A stretch of DNA of 64,000 nt, from positions 58,468,001 through 58,532,000 of the forward strand of contig CM052816.1 of assembly GCA_028534125.1 (NCBI GenBank), in the 5' to 3' direction. The notes beneath the pieces were generated by a model. It searched no databases. It worked only from the letters and a program-made list of their open reading frames with translations, and had not been told where the DNA came from. This DNA comes from Lama glama. Taxonomy: Eukaryota. The position numbers were made by a program, and so were the translations under genes. Positions 26,753 through 40,448 of the stretch are shown here, piece by piece (positions within the stretch are counted from its first letter, which is position 1; each line of letters opens with the position of its first letter).

Positions 26753-26812
26753 TTATATATATATAAATATATATATATATCTATATATATCTATATAGAT
26801 ATATATATATAT
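26753..26812. repeat. Imperfect (TA)n microsatellite
   Basis: Seen directly. Confidence 0.9.
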
Positions 26813-26959
26813 CTTTTGGTGGTCGTAAGTACTTACTTCTATTGAGTATATACCTAGGAATCGAATTCTTGATCATATATAGGATATATAAAATATATTG
26901 TATATTTCTCTCAATGCTAATGTAAACATGTATAAATATACATATAATTAAGGAAGTAG

Positions 26960-27393
26960 GGAGTTTCCTAGGGCTGTCATAGCAAACTGCCACAAACTTG
27001 GTGACTTAACGACAACAGAAATTTATTCTCTCACAGTTCTAGAGACCAGAAGTCTAAAGGCCAGGTGTCAGCAGGACTATACTTCCTCTGAAGATTCTGG
27101 GGGAAAATCCTAGCTAGCTTCTTCAATCTTTTAGAGGCTCCAGGCACTACTTGGCTTGTGGCAGTGTAACTCCTGTCTCTGCCTTTGTCTTTATGTGGCC
27201 ACATTTTCTCTGTCTTCTTCCTGTCTTATCTCTTCTAAGGACATTTGTCATTGGATTTAGGGCCCACTCTAATCTAGGATGACCTCATCTCAAGATCCTT
27301 ATTACATCAGCAAAACCCTTTTCCCAAATACGGTCACATTCACAGATACCTGGAAGACATACCATTTGGGACACCACCATACAACCCAGTACA
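26960..27393. mobile_element. MaLR LTR (MLT1-type)
   Basis: AGGGCTGTCATAGCAAACTGCCACAAACTTGGTGACTTAA...CAACAGAAATTTATTCTCTCACAGTTCT...CAACCCAGTACA pattern. Confidence 0.8.
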
Positions 27394-29509
27394 GGGGAGT
27401 TTTTTTAAACAAAAATGGGAAATTTAATTGTAACTTGATCCTTTTTTTTTAAATAGCCATGGCTACGGTACATATATATCTAACCATGGTATGGATGTAC
27501 AGTACTTTATTATTTTCAAATAGGACACTCAGGATATTTGTAAGCTTCTATCATTATGAACAATTCTGTAATATACATCATCCTTATCCCCATGTACTTG
27601 TGCTTTTATTTCTGTAAGAATAAATTCTTAAAGGTAGGATCCCTAGGGCGAAGGCATACTTGTTTGCAATTTTAAACAGATATTTTTCCAACAAGCAGGT
27701 AATACTTCATATCCCCATGTGCGTGATATTAGATATTATTAATTTCTAATAATTTTGCCAACCTGAGTAACAAATGGTATCTTAGTTTTTAATTTGCAAT
27801 TCCCTGACCACAGAGGTTGAACATCTTTTCATATGTCTATTGGAAATATGCATTTGTGTGTGTGTGTGAAATGTCCATGTTTTCTCTCTGCTTTATGCTT
27901 TTTGTTTCACTTAGTCTTCATATGTAGGTATGACTGTTATGCCCATTTTTAAAGGTTTTATAAAAATTGAGATTTTGGTTAAGGAATTTCCCCAAGGTCA
28001 CACAGCTACTAAGTGGCAGGTTAAGGATATGAATCTAAGCAGGCTGAAATGCAGAGCTTCCAGAGTTTAGACATAGTTTCATATTTATTCGCCCTTTGTG
28101 TTTTTTTCTATGAACAGCTTATTTTGCTGTTTTTACTTTTGACAAAGCTATTTTAAATTTGTGTAACATAAATCACTATTGTTTGTCCTTTCATTTTATT
28201 TATGTTGCTTTTGTCAGACTTCTTAATTACATTATCAAATGTCTAGTTTCTTTGTAAGTGAAGATGCAGACTGACAGCCAGCAGACTTGTCCTGACTCGT
28301 TAAAAAAAATTTTTTTTTCCATTGAAGTGTAGTTGGTTTACAATGGTGTATTAGTTTCTGGTGTACAGCATGGTGATTGAGTTATACATTTATGTATTCC
28401 TTTTCATATTCTTTATCTTTATAGATTATAAGATACTGCATATAGTTCCTTGTGCTATACAATAGGACCTTGTTGTTCATCTATGTTATATATAGTAGTT
28501 TGTATTTGCTAGCCCCAAATTCCTAATTTATCTCTCCTCCCCCTAAAAATTAACATGTACTTGAATGCCTTTGGGTGGGGAGTGGGTGGGGTAAGTGTGT
28601 GTGGAGAGAGTCTCGAATTAACTTATGGTACCCACCACCCCCTATTTATTCCTCCTTAACTCATTTCCATTACCTGCCTGATCCCCAAATATATTTAAGT
28701 TTTCAATCCTTGTGTGGTTTCTTGTTTCTGTCTTAAGATCTCCCCCATCCCAAATTTATAAAAATCACCTATAATGTATTCTAGTATATGATGTGACAGT
28801 AGAGTCCAAACCTCACATACTGGATGACTATGTCATTTATGAATTATACTACCATTTGTCCATTATGTGATTCAAGTATTCTTCTAAAACATCTTTTGGA
28901 ATTTTCCACTGCTACTCTAACAGTTTCGGTGAGCATTTTTGTACACAAATCACTGACTCATCTCTGATCTCCTGACCCTAGGCCTTGAAGGTAAGGTAAT
29001 ACTAAAGAACTAATCGGTTTTGACATTCTCTTTTGTTTATTCAGTATTCTACATGATATTGCCAATATATACTATCCTAATTGGAAACCTGATCACTAGT
29101 CATTTGAATACTTATGTGATCATGAGCAAGTTTCAGGAGTCACTGAATGTAAGCTTTTGTTGTGAAAACTTTATATGCACAAAGACTGGTTCAAATTCAT
29201 GAAGTTAAATTTAATGTTTACATAAATGCCTTCAAATCTTATGAAATGGTTTCCTTTGGAAATTCAGTACATTATGCTTTGAGTGCTTTGTCTATCATAC
29301 AGATTTGTATGCAGTATAAAATTTGTAGGTACACGTAGTGATTCAAATTTGGATGTCACCATCAGGGGAAAAAAGGGCTTTTTTTTTTTTTTTGAGGACA
29401 AAAATGCCATAGGTTCATTTTTGTTGAGGAATGAGGTCCTAATAAATAGAAATACCTTTTCAACAAAGAACTTCCCATTTAAAATTCATTAAAACTAATT
29501 CCTCCTTGA

Positions 29510-29810
29510 AAACTATGCTAAGTGAAAAAAGCTAGACACAAAAGGTCACATATGATTCCATTTGTATGAACTATCCAGAGTAAGTAAATCTGTAGAAACA
29601 AAGTAGACTAGTGGTTGTGAGGAACTGGAAGGAAGACAGAATGTGGAGTAACCTATAATGGATACAAGGTTTCTTTTAGGGGTGATGAAAATGTTTTGGA
29701 ATTAGATGGTGGTAGCTGCACAATCTTCTCTGACTATACTAAAACCCACTGAATTGCATGCTTTAAAATGGTGAATTTTATGGTATGTAAACTCCATCTC
29801 AAAAAAAAAC
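29510..29810 (+). mobile_element. Old L1M 3'-end fragment
   Basis: ATGCTAAGTGAAAAAAGCTAGACACAAAAGG...GGTGAATTTTATGGTATGTAAACTCCATCTC + A tail. Confidence 0.75.
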
Positions 29811-30554
29811 CTGGTTCCAAATTCTGTTTAAATTTTTGCATCATATGCCATTGTGAGAATCTTTATGATTGAAAAAAAAAATCTTCAGTGAGCTTTTAAA
29901 CAATACACCTATTTCTGATATCTATAGAAGCCAAAGAGGGCCTTAAACTTCCCTACTAGGCCTTTTTTAAAAAAAGATGTAATAGGTACATGGAAGCCAT
30001 TTAGCAATCCTAAATGATTAATAAAGAATACTGGAAAAGTAAAGGGTAAGCTCCTACTAAGAACTAAAAACCTGTTTGATCTATGTAAAGACAAACAAGG
30101 CTTAAAAAAAAAAGCACATCTTTAAACAATACAACAATTGATGCCATTGTTTTTAAGTTGGAAAAGTTACTAGAGAAGATTTGGGAGAAGAGATACTAAC
30201 CTTAAAGTTAAGGTTGGGAAGTTTTATAGGCGTGCTGGATTCCAAGCAGCTTGTAAACGCTCTGTGCCTCAGTTTCCTCATCTTTAAATGGGCCTCTAAT
30301 TCATAGGGTCGTTGTGAAAATAAAATATAAGTAAATACATAAAACTCTTAAAAAGAATTTTTTAAATGGTAGCTATATTACAATCGGTTAACAACGGACT
30401 GATTTTTACTACTTGCTTACCTATATTTTCTAAACGACCTTCAATGAACTCTTTTTCTAAGAAAATTTATTGTTTAAAACAAAAACACCCTGGCCGAACC
30501 ACTCTACGAACAGATGAAAAATTGAAATCAAAGAACTGAGAGAATACGGAGAAG

Positions 30555-30960
30555 AACCAAGGCGGCCGCTGCCTGTCAGCTCACGGAGCCCGCCCCGCGG
30601 CCGGCAGTCAGGCCGCCATGCTCTTCCGCTCCCAGACGCCCGGCGGCGGAAGTCGTCACTCGTGGAGGGACAGAATCCACGCTGCGCACCAGGCAGCAGG
30701 CTCGTCATGGCGATGGGTGGTGGCAGCGGCGGCGGCGGCGGCGTTCCCGAGCCGGAGGACTCGGTGCTGTTCCGGCGTGGCACAGGCCAGGTGAGTTCGC
30801 GGCCGGCGCGGTTTCCGACCACCGCACCCTCCCAGCCCCCGCGCTCCTTCCCCGGCCAGTTCGCTAACTGCGGGGCCGTGGTCCGCATGCTTCCGTATCT
30901 TTCCTTGCTTGGGAGCCTCAGCCGCGAGCTCCTTCCTCGTGCAGTTTGGGCTCCCCAATG
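30555..30960 (+). promoter_or_regulatory. SMN1: SMN CpG island/promoter
   Basis: CpG-rich; contains GGCGGCGGAAGTCGTCACTC (ETS site as recalled from the human SMN promoter/5'UTR) and an inverted CTTCCG ETS core. Confidence 0.85.
30707..30790 (+). CDS. SMN1: SMN exon 1 coding part, 84 nt
   Basis: MAMGGGSGGGGGVPEPEDSVLFRRGTGQ; CAG|GTGAGT donor. Confidence 0.97.
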
Positions 30961-30999
30961 ACTGGGACGAGGCCCTTTTGTCACTTGATGGCGCCTAGG

Positions 31000-32850
31000 C
31001 TTGTCCACTGCTCTCTGACTGGGGTTGGGGTGTGTGACAGGGCAGTGAAGCAGGGAAACCAGTTAGGAATCTATTGAAATGATCCAAATGTTAGTGGAGA
31101 GCAAAGTACTTGGATTACAGATATATTTTGAAGTCACAGGCAACAGGTTTTGCACATGGATTCGGTATTAGAGGTTTGAGAGAGGAAAGGCAAGGATAAC
31201 TCCAAGATTGTTCTGAATAGCTGAAGAGATGAAGTTGCCTTTTACTGAAATAGGGAAGACTGAAAGTAGAGCAGGTTTATAAGGGGGAAGATTAGAACTC
31301 ATTCTTGGGTGAAGTGTGATTGAGGCGAGTTCGAGAGTCAGAGGAGAAAAGGCAACATTTATAAGCAGGTATTTCAAAGAGTTTTATTGTAAGTACTGGA
31401 AAATAGAGAATTGGCCAGTAAGTGGAGAAGTAAGTGAGGTAAAGAGGATTCTTAATTGTGTTTTTGTTTGTTTTTAAGATGGAGAGATGTTTCATCATGT
31501 TTGTGGGCTGATAGAAAAGATCTAGTAAGGACAGAAAAAATGATGATGCAGGCGAGAGAAGAGAATTGCTGAAGCAATGTTCTAGAGTAGGTGGATTTGG
31601 CCTTTGTTAGAAATATTGCCAGTAGTGACAGTAATATGGGTACTGATTTGTGTGGATGGGCAGTTATAGTGGCAGGAGATTATGAAAATTTTGTTTTGAT
31701 TGTTGCTGTTCTCTCAGTAAAAGCAACAAGGTCATCAGCTAGTAGGGGGCAGGGGGCAGGTGCTGGAGGTTAGAGAAGAGAGAAGGTAGGAAGCCTCTAA
31801 GAGAGTGGATGAGTGTTGGGCCAGGCCAGAGAAATGTTGCTAGGCAACATTAAAGGCCTACTTCAGACTTGTGGTTATGAGTTTAAAGGGGACTAGATAG
31901 TGTGACTGGATTTTTCTCTAGCTAAATTCAAATTCAGATGTGTGAGGGCAGACACAGAGTAAACCAAGAGTTGAAATTAATAGGGTTGTAGTTTTACCAA
32001 GTGAGTATCAAGCGACGGGGAAAGGTACAGGGAGTTATCATAATGACTGACCATGGAATTTAAGCTGGCTAAGAAAGGAAGTGAGGGCATTAGGACGGTG
32101 AGTTTAAAAAGTGGAAGGATCAATATTTTACCAGTCCCAGTGAAGTGGAATGATTGTCATCATCAAACTGCTAGAAAGAGTAAGTTGCAGAGCCTCAAAG
32201 GTGGTGTTTGGAGAGTAGGATTCTTGCAGTGGAATTTGTGGAGAGGTTGTAGTTAATGTTTATAATAAGTAAAGACCATAGAAATGAGTAGCTGAGATTG
32301 GGTGCTATAAGTAAGTAAGATCATTGGTAATGAAGAGTTTAAAGCCCTAACAAGGTATTGGAGTGATCATCTACATGGGTTTTTAAATAACCGAAAGTTA
32401 TGACAGTAGTACTAGTGGATAGAGGACTAGGAAGCAAACCTCAAGGAAATGAGGAGGCGTGACCCAGGAGGCTGTAGATGATTGCAATAAGGAGGGATAG
32501 TGGACAGAGGAGTATGGTGACAGGACTTTGAAACCTAGGCGTGTTTAGGTAGGAAGGAGGAAAAATAATCTGGTAGTGGAAGTGAGAAGCAAGGAAGATT
32601 CCTTCCCCATCTCTGGTACAGTGATTTGAGGAATATGGAGGAGAAAACATTTCATTTTGAAATGTCTACAAGGAAAGAGATGTCCTCAGGGAAAGCTAGA
32701 TTTTAGTTAGAGCAAGAAGATGAAGGGAATATTCAGAGAAGAGGTTAAAGATATTGTGGGGCAGGGGTTGCTGATTACTCTAGAGAGCACAGCGGAACTA
32801 TCAGGAGTGAGAAGTGGTAGAAGATGATAGAACATGAAGACTAACTTGAG
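31000..32850. mobile_element. LINE-2 remnant in SMN intron 1
   Basis: Purine-rich L2-like motifs (GATATATTTTGAAG, CAAGGATAACTCCAAG, TTTACTGAAATAGGGAAGACT). Confidence 0.65.
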
Positions 32851-33560
32851 AAACCTGGGCTACTATTGGTGACTGAGAAATACATATAATGACAGTCCGG
32901 ATGGTCTGTTTTGGTTGCTGTTGCTTTGTAGCAAAACACTCAAAACTTACTGGCTTGAAACAATAATCATTTTATTATCTCTCCTAGTTTTTGTGGGTCA
33001 GGAATCTGTAAAGGCCTTGCTGGGCAGTTCTTCAGACCTTTCATGTGGTTGCATCCACATAGCAGTTGGAGCTGCAATAGCTGGGGACTATGCAGCTAGG
33101 GATTGACAGGCCATCTCTTTTCTTCATGTTGTTTCAGGGCTCCTCCACATAGTCCCAATGTGTGGGCTGGTTTGGATTTCCTTATACCTCTTTGTAATCC
33201 TTCCCTTTCATCCCTCCTCATTTTCTGTCCCCAGACAACTGCTGCTCCACTTTTTGTCTCCGTGGATTAGTCTGCATCTCCTAGAATTTTATAAACATGG
33301 AATCCTTTTTATCTGGCTTTTTACTCATCATAGTTTTTTGATTTTCATCCATTTTGTTGTGTTTGTTCCTTTTTATTGCTATAGGATCCTGTTGCATGAA
33401 TATACTACAGGTTGTTTATCCGTTCACTTGTTCAAGAACATTTGGGTTGCTTTCAGTTTGTTAAAATTAAATAGCCATGAGTATTAGTGTAGGACACTTC
33501 GTATGGACATACACTTTCATTTCTCTTTGAAAACATCTAAATCATGGAGTAAATACATTT

Positions 33561-36500
33561 GAGATTTATATTTTCATTTGTTTTCTTTTTACGAATCAGT
33601 GCCCCATTTTTCAGCTTAAAGAAGTCCCTTTAACATTTTTTGTAGGGCTGGTTTAATGGTGAGGAACTCCTTTAGCTTTTGCTTGTCTGGAAAAACCCTG
33701 TCTCTCCCTTAATTGAAAGACAACTTTGCCAGGTTGGATATTCTTGGTTGGAGGTTTTTGTTTGTTTGTTTTTATTTTAGCACTTTAAATATATCAGTCC
33801 CTCTGACCTGCAAAAGTTCTGCTGAAAAATCTGCTTATAGTCTTATAGAGGTTCCTTTGTAGTTAAGTTGTTTTTCTCTTACTGCTTTTAAGATTCTCCC
33901 TTTGTCTTTAACTTTTGACATTTTAATTATTATGGGTCTTGCTGTGGGCCTCTCTGGGTTCATCTTATTTGTAACCCTGGGCTTTTTGGATTTGGATGTC
34001 TGTTTACTTCCCCAGGATGGGAAAGTTTTCAGCCATTATTTTTCAGATAAATTTTCTGCCCTTTTCTGTCTTCCTCTGGGACCCCTATAATGCAAATATC
34101 GGTCTGCTTGAAGTTCTCCCATAAGTTCTTTAAGCTTTCTTCACTTTTTTTTTTTTTGCTGCTCTGTTTGGGTAAATTCCACTGCTCTGTCTTTGAGTTG
34201 ACTGATCCTTTCTTTGCTTCATCTAGTCTGTTTTTGAACTCCTCTAGTGTATTTTTCTGTTGAGTTATTGTATTCTTCAACTCTGTGATTTTTCCTTGGA
34301 TTTCCTTGTATTTTTCTTGAAGTTCTCACTGTTCATGTACTCTTCTGAGTTTGGTAAGTGTCTTTACGACTATTTTAACTCTTTATCAGATAAATTACTT
34401 ATTTCTGTCACCATTAATTTTTTTTTGAGGTTTTATCTCATTCTTTCCCTTGAAACATATTTCTCTGTTTCTTCTTTTTGTTTTTGTCTTTTTCACTCTC
34501 TCTGTTGGTTTCTATGCATTAGATAAAACAGTCACTTCTCCCAGACTTCAAGGAGTGTCTTTGTGTACAAGATGAATCTTGTTCAACCTTTATTGAACTC
34601 CCAAGCCTTTGTGATTGTCAAAGCAGCCTGTTTAAATTTTTAGTGGCTCCCAGTAATTCAGAGTGTGCAAAAACCTGTTAGTGTCCCAAGGGGTGGATCT
34701 CAATTCAGCATCTAGATTCAGGCAGATTAGAAGACCCTCAGGCAGCAGGTTTTAAAGTATGCAAATATATACAATTTTGTAGAAACATAAGTGTAAGCCC
34801 CACTGACCAGCAGAGTTAAGCAGTCTGGAGGTGTCCCCTGGGTGCCATTTGTAATAATTGGGTCATCAGAGAAGTGTATATAGTTTTTTATTGGGAGATA
34901 CCAGTGAGCTGGAGTGAGGCAGAGGAAGAGTGCAGAGTGCCAACCCATGTTCCCCAAGACCACCACCATAGGCTTCTACTTTTTTTTTAATTAATTTTTT
35001 TTGCAAGGGGAGGTAATTAGTTTTTACTTATTTATTTATTTTATTGATGGAGGTGCTGGGGATTGAACCCAGGACCTTGTGCATGCTAGGCATGTACTCT
35101 ACTACTGAGCTATACCCTCACCCTTACCATAGGCTTCTAGATGTGTGTCAAACATGAAGCCTGCCTCTGAAGTCAAAGCTCCAGACCAAGCAAGTAGGCC
35201 TCTTTCCCAGAAAGAATGGGGATGTGTTTCAGTCGGCTGTCTGAGCGGTGTCCTGGGGATGGTAGCCTGCTAAGAACAGTCTCTCTGGGTGTTACAGTTC
35301 CATAGGACCCAGGAACATAAAACCCCTTGACCACCAGAGCCATGCAATCAAGGAGCATCTCCTGGGTGGCAGCTGCACAAACTAGGGCACCAGATGCATG
35401 CAAAAACTCCCTGCCTGGAGGTACTTGCACTCTGGAGGGCAGCAGAGGTGAAGTTGGAAAATAGCACCCACCCTCTTAAGTCTCTGGAAGGGATTACAAT
35501 CAGTACATACTTGGATGTATGGCTAATGAGGAGCTTGTCCCTCAGGCTGCATTCCTCCTTCATTGAAGACCTGAACTCCTGGGTCTGCTACCGACTGCTG
35601 TGCCCTGGGGGTGGAAGCCATTCAAGAACTCTGTCTTGATTACAGTCTAGTGGGACCTGCAGATGTAAGCCCTGCTGTCCACCAGAGCCAGCCAATTTAG
35701 AGGTGCCCCCTGGTGGTAGCCACAAACATTGGGGTGCCAGACAAATGTATAAGCTTCTTTCTGGGAAGCACAGGTGAGCTTGAGCCAGGCAGAGAGAGTG
35801 CAAGTACTATATCCACCAGCCTCTTGTTCCCTGAGAGCATTTCCATAGGTCCCTAGATAAAACCTGCTTCTCAAGCCTAAGTTCCTAGACAGGCAGACAG
35901 GCCTTTTTCACAGAAAAACTGGGGTATGTTTCAGTCCGCTCTGTGTGCAGTTCCCTAGGTATGATAGCCTACCAAGAACTGTCTCTCTGATTATTACAGT
36001 CCTATGGGACCCAAGAACACAAGCCCTTCCCACCCCTCCCTTTAGTTGCAGCTGTGAAAACCAGGACAGCAGACATTAAAAACTGGGACACTAGGTGCGT
36101 GTAAAAGCTCTCCTCTGGGAGACACTAGTCCTGTGGAGCGCAGTAGAGGGAGAGTGCAAAGATGGCCCTTGCGGCTGGAGTAAGGCAGATAGCATAAAGA
36201 TGTGTTGCTATCCTCTGTCCTTAGGGAGTATCCTGGCAGGCTCCTGGATGTGGGTTAAGTTCGATGCCTGCCCTGAAGGCCAACACTTTAAGATAAGCAA
36301 ATGAGCCTCTTTGACAGAAAATCTGGCCACCCTCAATCAGCTGCTTCTGCACTAGGTCCTGAGCTGGACCATGCCAAGCATGTGAACCCTTTCAGAGCCA
36401 TTTTTCAATTCCTGTTCCCCTGTGGGTCTCGTGGACGTGAACCCCCTTGGCTTTCAAAGTTAGATGTTTTGTGGCCTCATCTCTTAGGTATTGGTGTTAA

Positions 36501-36640
36501 AACCAGGGTGCCCAATGTGGGGTGCAAGCCCTTCACACTCCTCAGGGAGAAGCTTCAGGTTGTGAGTTCCCTTCCAGCTGTGAATCGCCACACAAGGTGT
36601 GGGGTTTGTGGCAAGATTGTTTCTAAGCCTCTCCTACCCA
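33561..36640 (-). mobile_element. LINE-1 5' part (5'UTR + ORF1) with no ORF2/3' end
   Basis: ORF1 coiled-coil remnant (KNTLEEFKNRLDEA...ESLKNLWENFKQTDICIIGVPEE) followed by a repetitive, GC-richer 5'UTR. Confidence 0.8.
34979..35124 (-). mobile_element. Vic-1-like SINE inside the L1 5'UTR
   Basis: TSD accataggcttcta on both sides. Confidence 0.9.
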
Positions 36641-37403
36641 CTTTTGCATTAAAACACTTTCTATTTGTACTTCACATTTTAATGTTTTATTGTGTTTCTT
36701 TTATATTATTCTTTTGTGTGACAGTATGCCTTAAATCCCTGATTAGACAATCTCTCTTTTGAACATGATTTCATATACCTCTCAGTGATGAATGTTTAGT
36801 AGATAGTGGGTGCTCAAAATTTTTCTTTTTGAGTTGAATTAAACTTAAATTAAAAAAAAGTAACAATGATTTTAACTCTTTTGTCAATTATGTAATATCA
36901 CTCCGATTTAAAATTAAGCTTGATTAATCACTATTAACAGTTTACATTCTTAAATATTTTGAGATTTCTTCTTTGAATAATCTAGACACATTGTAAGGTC
37001 AAGAGTGTCTGTGGTCAGAATAGCATTACTGTAGTCTGGATGTAGTCAAGCTTACGGCCAAATGTTTTCCCATTCTGCCAAACTAAACCCTTTATCCACT
37101 CTTCGAAGATTGAAACGTGGTTACCCTTGAACAGGTCCACTTATGGTTGGTAGGTGGAAATTAAATTGTGGAGTATTTACTTCATGGCATACCTTTTAGA
37201 GCATTTACATATATCTAGCTTTGGGGGTAATGTCATGTAATCGCTAAGTAGGTAGGCTTCTTGTGGTGTTATTTAGGATTTAAAATACCCATTTTTAGTG
37301 TAATTTCATTATGTCTGGGTTAAGATGGCTCTTGTTACTATCTAACACATTTTTGATAAAGCCCATCCAGATGTGAATTGGTTTTATTCTTTACCCTTTC
37401 CAG

Positions 37404-37475
37404 AGTGATGATTCTGACATTTGGGATGATACAGCACTGATAAAAGCTTATGATAAAGCTGTGGCTTCATTTAAG
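37404..37475 (+). CDS. SMN1: SMN exon 2a, 72 nt (Gemin2-binding helix)
   Basis: [24 protein letters not shown]; canonical splice sites. Confidence 0.98.
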
Positions 37476-38949
37476 GTATGAAATGTTTATTCTTTTCCTT
37501 ATTTCCTCATGTTACTTATTCAGGAAAAAATGGATAACGTATGTATAGTTAAGTGTTAAAGTACGTATTATTCAGTTCTAATTTTGAAGATTAAAAGATA
37601 ACAGGTTAGATAAGTTAGTTATCTTCTTGTAGAAGTTGGTAGCCTGTCTGTCTTATCCCTTAACAAAGATAATTTAAGCAGAGTTTTAAGCGTTTATTGT
37701 TTTTAATATGTTTATACTATATCAAACTATAGAAGTTATTTAATTCAGATTAATGAAAGGACAGTCTGAATTAGAGGTTTTAAACATTTAACAAGCCTTT
37801 ATTGAAATAATATTGATGATAAATAGCTGTAGTGTGGTAATTAATACTTGCAGAGTGTTTATGAAGTTCTAGGCACTGTTCCATGTGCTTTACATACATT
37901 ACCTTAATTTAATCCTCTTCAAATTTAATACCGTGAGTTAGGTTTCAAGTCAAATGTTCCTGATGGTGATGAATATCAAGGAATATACATTTCTTTTGTG
38001 GGATGAAGTCTGGTTTCGTGCCCCAATCTGTACAGTTGCCTTGTATCACTTGCCCTACTGTCTGAGGTATTTAGTCTTATTGAGCACCATGCACAGGCCA
38101 TCAGTAGTCCGGGCACAGAGCATACACTCATACAGAGCACTAAACATGGAGTCTGCTTCCTTCCATAGTCACTCTTGTAGCATGAGGTAAAGAATGAATC
38201 AGATTTGTATGTTATCCTTGAAGTTGCAGTCTAAATTTGTCAATAACATGCTTTTCAACATATGTTTAGACTAGAAGTACACTAATGCAGAGTTACCAAG
38301 AGAGTTCTGTAAAATGCAGGTTAAAATGAAACTCAATGGGGGATGGGGTTGGTGATATTTCAGGGAAAGTAGACTGCATAGTGGAACAGAACTGATTTGG
38401 GCAAGAGGTGGTTTACTTTTGGTTGTGTTGCATTTCAGGTAAATGTGAAGGTATGAAATTGGTAATTGGAAGTGTTGAACTAAGGAGAGAAGTCAGAGCT
38501 GAATAACAGCTTTGGAAGTTTGTTTGCATACAGATTGTAATTGAAATAATAGAAATGGGTCATCACAAGCATGTAAAGAAGGATGGCCAGTTCTTGTTGG
38601 GAATGCCCAAGTTTAAAAGTTGATGAGAGAATTAATAAAAGCATTAGGGCCCTACATTGCTATGTCAACAAAAATACCCTAACTATCAAGAAGAAAAATG
38701 ATAGAGTCTAATGTGGAAAGGTTGAAAGTGAGGAGACTGATTAAAAGGGTCCTTAGAGCTGATAATCAGTTATTTGATACCTTCGAGAGCAGTTTCTATA
38801 GCAATGTGAGATGGTGAAAAGAGGAATTAGAGGCTGTCTAAGGTGGTGGAGATGGTTGGTCCTGGAGACCAGTTTGTAGTGACTGAGTTATATTGTGACT
38901 TTTTAATATATCACTCTGTAACATGTACATTTCTATTCATGTTTTATAG

Positions 38950-39069
38950 CACGCGCTAAAGAATGGTGACATTTCTGAAGCTTCAGATAAACCAAAAGGC
39001 ACACCTAAAAGAAAACCTGCTAAGAAGAATAAAAGCCAAAAAAAGAATAACACAACTCCCTTGAAACAG
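38950..39069 (+). CDS. SMN1: SMN exon 2b, 120 nt (lysine-rich)
   Basis: [43 protein letters not shown] acceptor, CAG|GTTGTT donor. Confidence 0.97.
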
Positions 39070-39941
39070 GTTGTTTTAAAACATTGAGATTTAACTGCAA
39101 AGAATTTTTGTTCCTGTCATTATTAAATAGTATAAAATACCTTTAACTTAAATGATTAGTACAGTATTTTCTTCCATTGACATGTAATCATAAAATTTCT
39201 AAAGCAACTATTAAACTTTCTGTTGTTTGGGAACATGCATGTTAATAAAGTGTAAGGAATTAGGTAGAAACAATAAATACTAAATTCAGGACAGTGTTTA
39301 TTTTCTGTCAAGGGTGGAGGGGAGGAAGGCAGTGCTATTTGGGAGGAGCACCAGACAGCCTTAAACTGAATTGGCAGTGTTTTACTTTTCTAAAACTGAG
39401 AAGGGTATCTTTTTTTCTTCAAAAATCCTAAAACTATTAATACTGGGGGGCCAGAAGTTCTGGGTAGAGTCATTTCTATTTAGAACAGTCGACCTGGAAG
39501 CTAATCATATTGGTGTCTCATTAGTTGCTTTAGTTTTATCATTACCAATGAAGAGAGCTGATGTTTGATAAGCAGTTGCTATATGCTGGATCAGAGTGCT
39601 GGACACTTTACACACTTTCCCTCCTTTTCTTCACAAGAAATATGTGAGGCAGATTGTACTATACCCACTTAACAGATGAGGAAAATAAGACTGAAGGAGA
39701 TTAAGACACTTGCCCATGATTGTATAAATGGTAGAATTATGTTATATTTCTATTATGACTCAGATTTCTGTTTTTTTGGCTCTAAGTGTTTTTCACTGTA
39801 ACATTCTGTCTCTCAGAACAGTTAACTGGAGACTCTCCCGTTCAGCCCCAACCCCAGTCCACCCAGACAAGAGTATATATAATTTACCCTCTCTTAAAGA
39901 AGTACATGTGTGCATGTGTGTATCTTTGGTTTCTTTTATAG

Positions 39942-40157
<216 letters not shown>

Positions 40158-40292
40158 TAGAATTCTTGGAAGGAGAGACTAGATGAGAAACTAAACAGTG
40201 TAACTAGTGGTCAGTTTGATCCACTGAGGCATTAAAATTATTTTTGATGACATCTTTGTAAGAAAAATACATTTATTTCTTTCTCTTAAAAG

Positions 40293-40448
40293 AATGAAAA
40301 TGAAAGTCAAATTTCAACAGATGAAAGTGAGAACTCCTCCAGGTCTCCTGGAAATAAACCAAATAACATCAAGTCAAAAACTGCTCCATGGAACTCTTTT
40401 CTCCCTCCACCACCTCCCATGCCAGGATCAGGTCTGGGACCAGGAAAG
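40293..40448 (+). CDS. SMN1: SMN exon 4, 156 nt
   Basis: [52 protein letters not shown]. Confidence 0.97.

Noticed and set aside
17700..30500. Alternative last exon for a long SERF1 isoform
   Set aside because: No candidate exon could be recognised; the region is mostly repeats
30457..31008. 183-aa antisense ORF over SMN exon 1
   Set aside because: Expected by chance in a GC-rich CpG island; no recognisable homology
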